Below are positions 63,482-64,000 of a stretch of DNA of 64,000 nt, piece after piece. Made by a program: the position numbers and the translations under genes. Every line of letters begins with the position of its first letter. Position 1 is the first letter of the stretch. Where the stretch lies: assembly GCF_963921235.1 (NCBI RefSeq), contig NC_086097.1:99140001-99204000 (forward strand). The letters are read 5' to 3'. The stretch comes from Mobula hypostoma (Eukaryota). The notes beneath the pieces are model-generated. The model saw only the letters and a program-made list of their open reading frames with translations, was not told the origin of the DNA and searched no databases.

Positions 63482-64000
63482 TTCTTCACTACCTCAGCCT
63501 TGCCATGGTAATTCTCTCTCTCAATGACCTGAGCCATTTCAACAAGAGCCTTAAACCTCTGCTCTGTGGCAAACACATCAGTTGTGATGGCCTCCAGTCT
63601 CTTGGTGACAGTCTCCATCTCCTGGGTGGTCTCCACATTGACGTTCTGTTTGGCCAGAACTGATCTCATATGGCCTAGGTAGGCTTCCCTCAGCATGGCC
63701 TTCTTCCTGAACCGCTGCACCAGCTGCTCCAGCCGTTCCAGCCGCAGCATCTCCTTCTGCAGTGCCTTCTCCCTCAGGGCTTCTGCCTTCTCCAGATCAC
63801 CCCAGTGCCTCTCAATGTCACTCAGAGCCATCCCCTCTGGGGGCACATACTGCTGCATATTGTTGGCCCTCTGTTTGGTGCGGATGTTGAAGAGCTGAGC
63901 CTCGATGAGTCCCCGCTCTCGGTACTTGGGCGGTTTCTCCACAGTGCGGAAGGTTTTGAAGTCTGCCATCATTTTCTGCATGCCATTCAGTGAGTTGGGG
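63482..64000 (-). CDS. SPTBN5: SPTBN5 exon (1st in window, 5'-truncated by window edge): PNSLNGMQKMMADFKTFRTVEKPPK...AEVVK
   Basis: Open frame with the beta-spectrin repeat 1/2 signature; donor AA|gtaagt (63481-63476), phase 2. Confidence 0.93.

Larger units (their letters stand above)
1039..64000 (-). other. SPTBN5: Partial multi-exon gene: spectrin beta chain, non-erythrocytic 5 (betaV / beta-heavy-like); 27 coding exons in the window, 5' and 3' ends outside it
   Basis: The spliced exons give one open frame of about 1624 codons of tandem spectrin repeats (W-x-x-EK...S-D-G-D motifs). The first exon has the beta-spectrin repeat-1 signature (RTVEKPPKYRERG.IEAQLFNIRTK). A linker inserted in repeat 5 and an SDESYRDPTNILRKLKRHEA-type repeat fit SPTBN5 rather than SPTBN1/2/4 (recalled resemblance). 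Confidence 0.9.

Overview
Eukaryotic (vertebrate) genomic DNA. The repeat content (V-SINE/HE1-like SINEs, CR1, Rex1/Babar, Penelope-like elements) suggests a cartilaginous fish, possibly a ray; this is inference. The whole window lies inside one minus-strand gene for a giant beta-spectrin, most likely SPTBN5 (betaV/beta-heavy type). I reconstructed 27 consecutive coding exons by hand (64000 down to 1039; 4873 nt, about 1624 codons). All have AG/GT boundaries and compatible phases, and the frame has no stop. The gene continues past both window edges. The introns are filled with retroelements: a young CR1 with an unbroken ORF2 3' part, Rex1/Babar, Nimb/I, Penelope-like and HERO-like fragments, and 2 well-supported plus 2 probable solo LTRs. 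There are also four large tandem arrays: 24-bp, (GA)n, 26-bp G-rich and 60/61-bp. There are no prokaryotic features and no CRISPR. I found no clearly new biological system. The most notable observations are two minisatellites that arose from LINE coding sequence, a possible cassette-exon linker at the ancestral SH3 position, a telomere-hexamer-containing array with higher-order structure, decayed minimal hammerhead motifs, and insertions very close to splice donors. Family names come from recalled sequence resemblance, not database searches.
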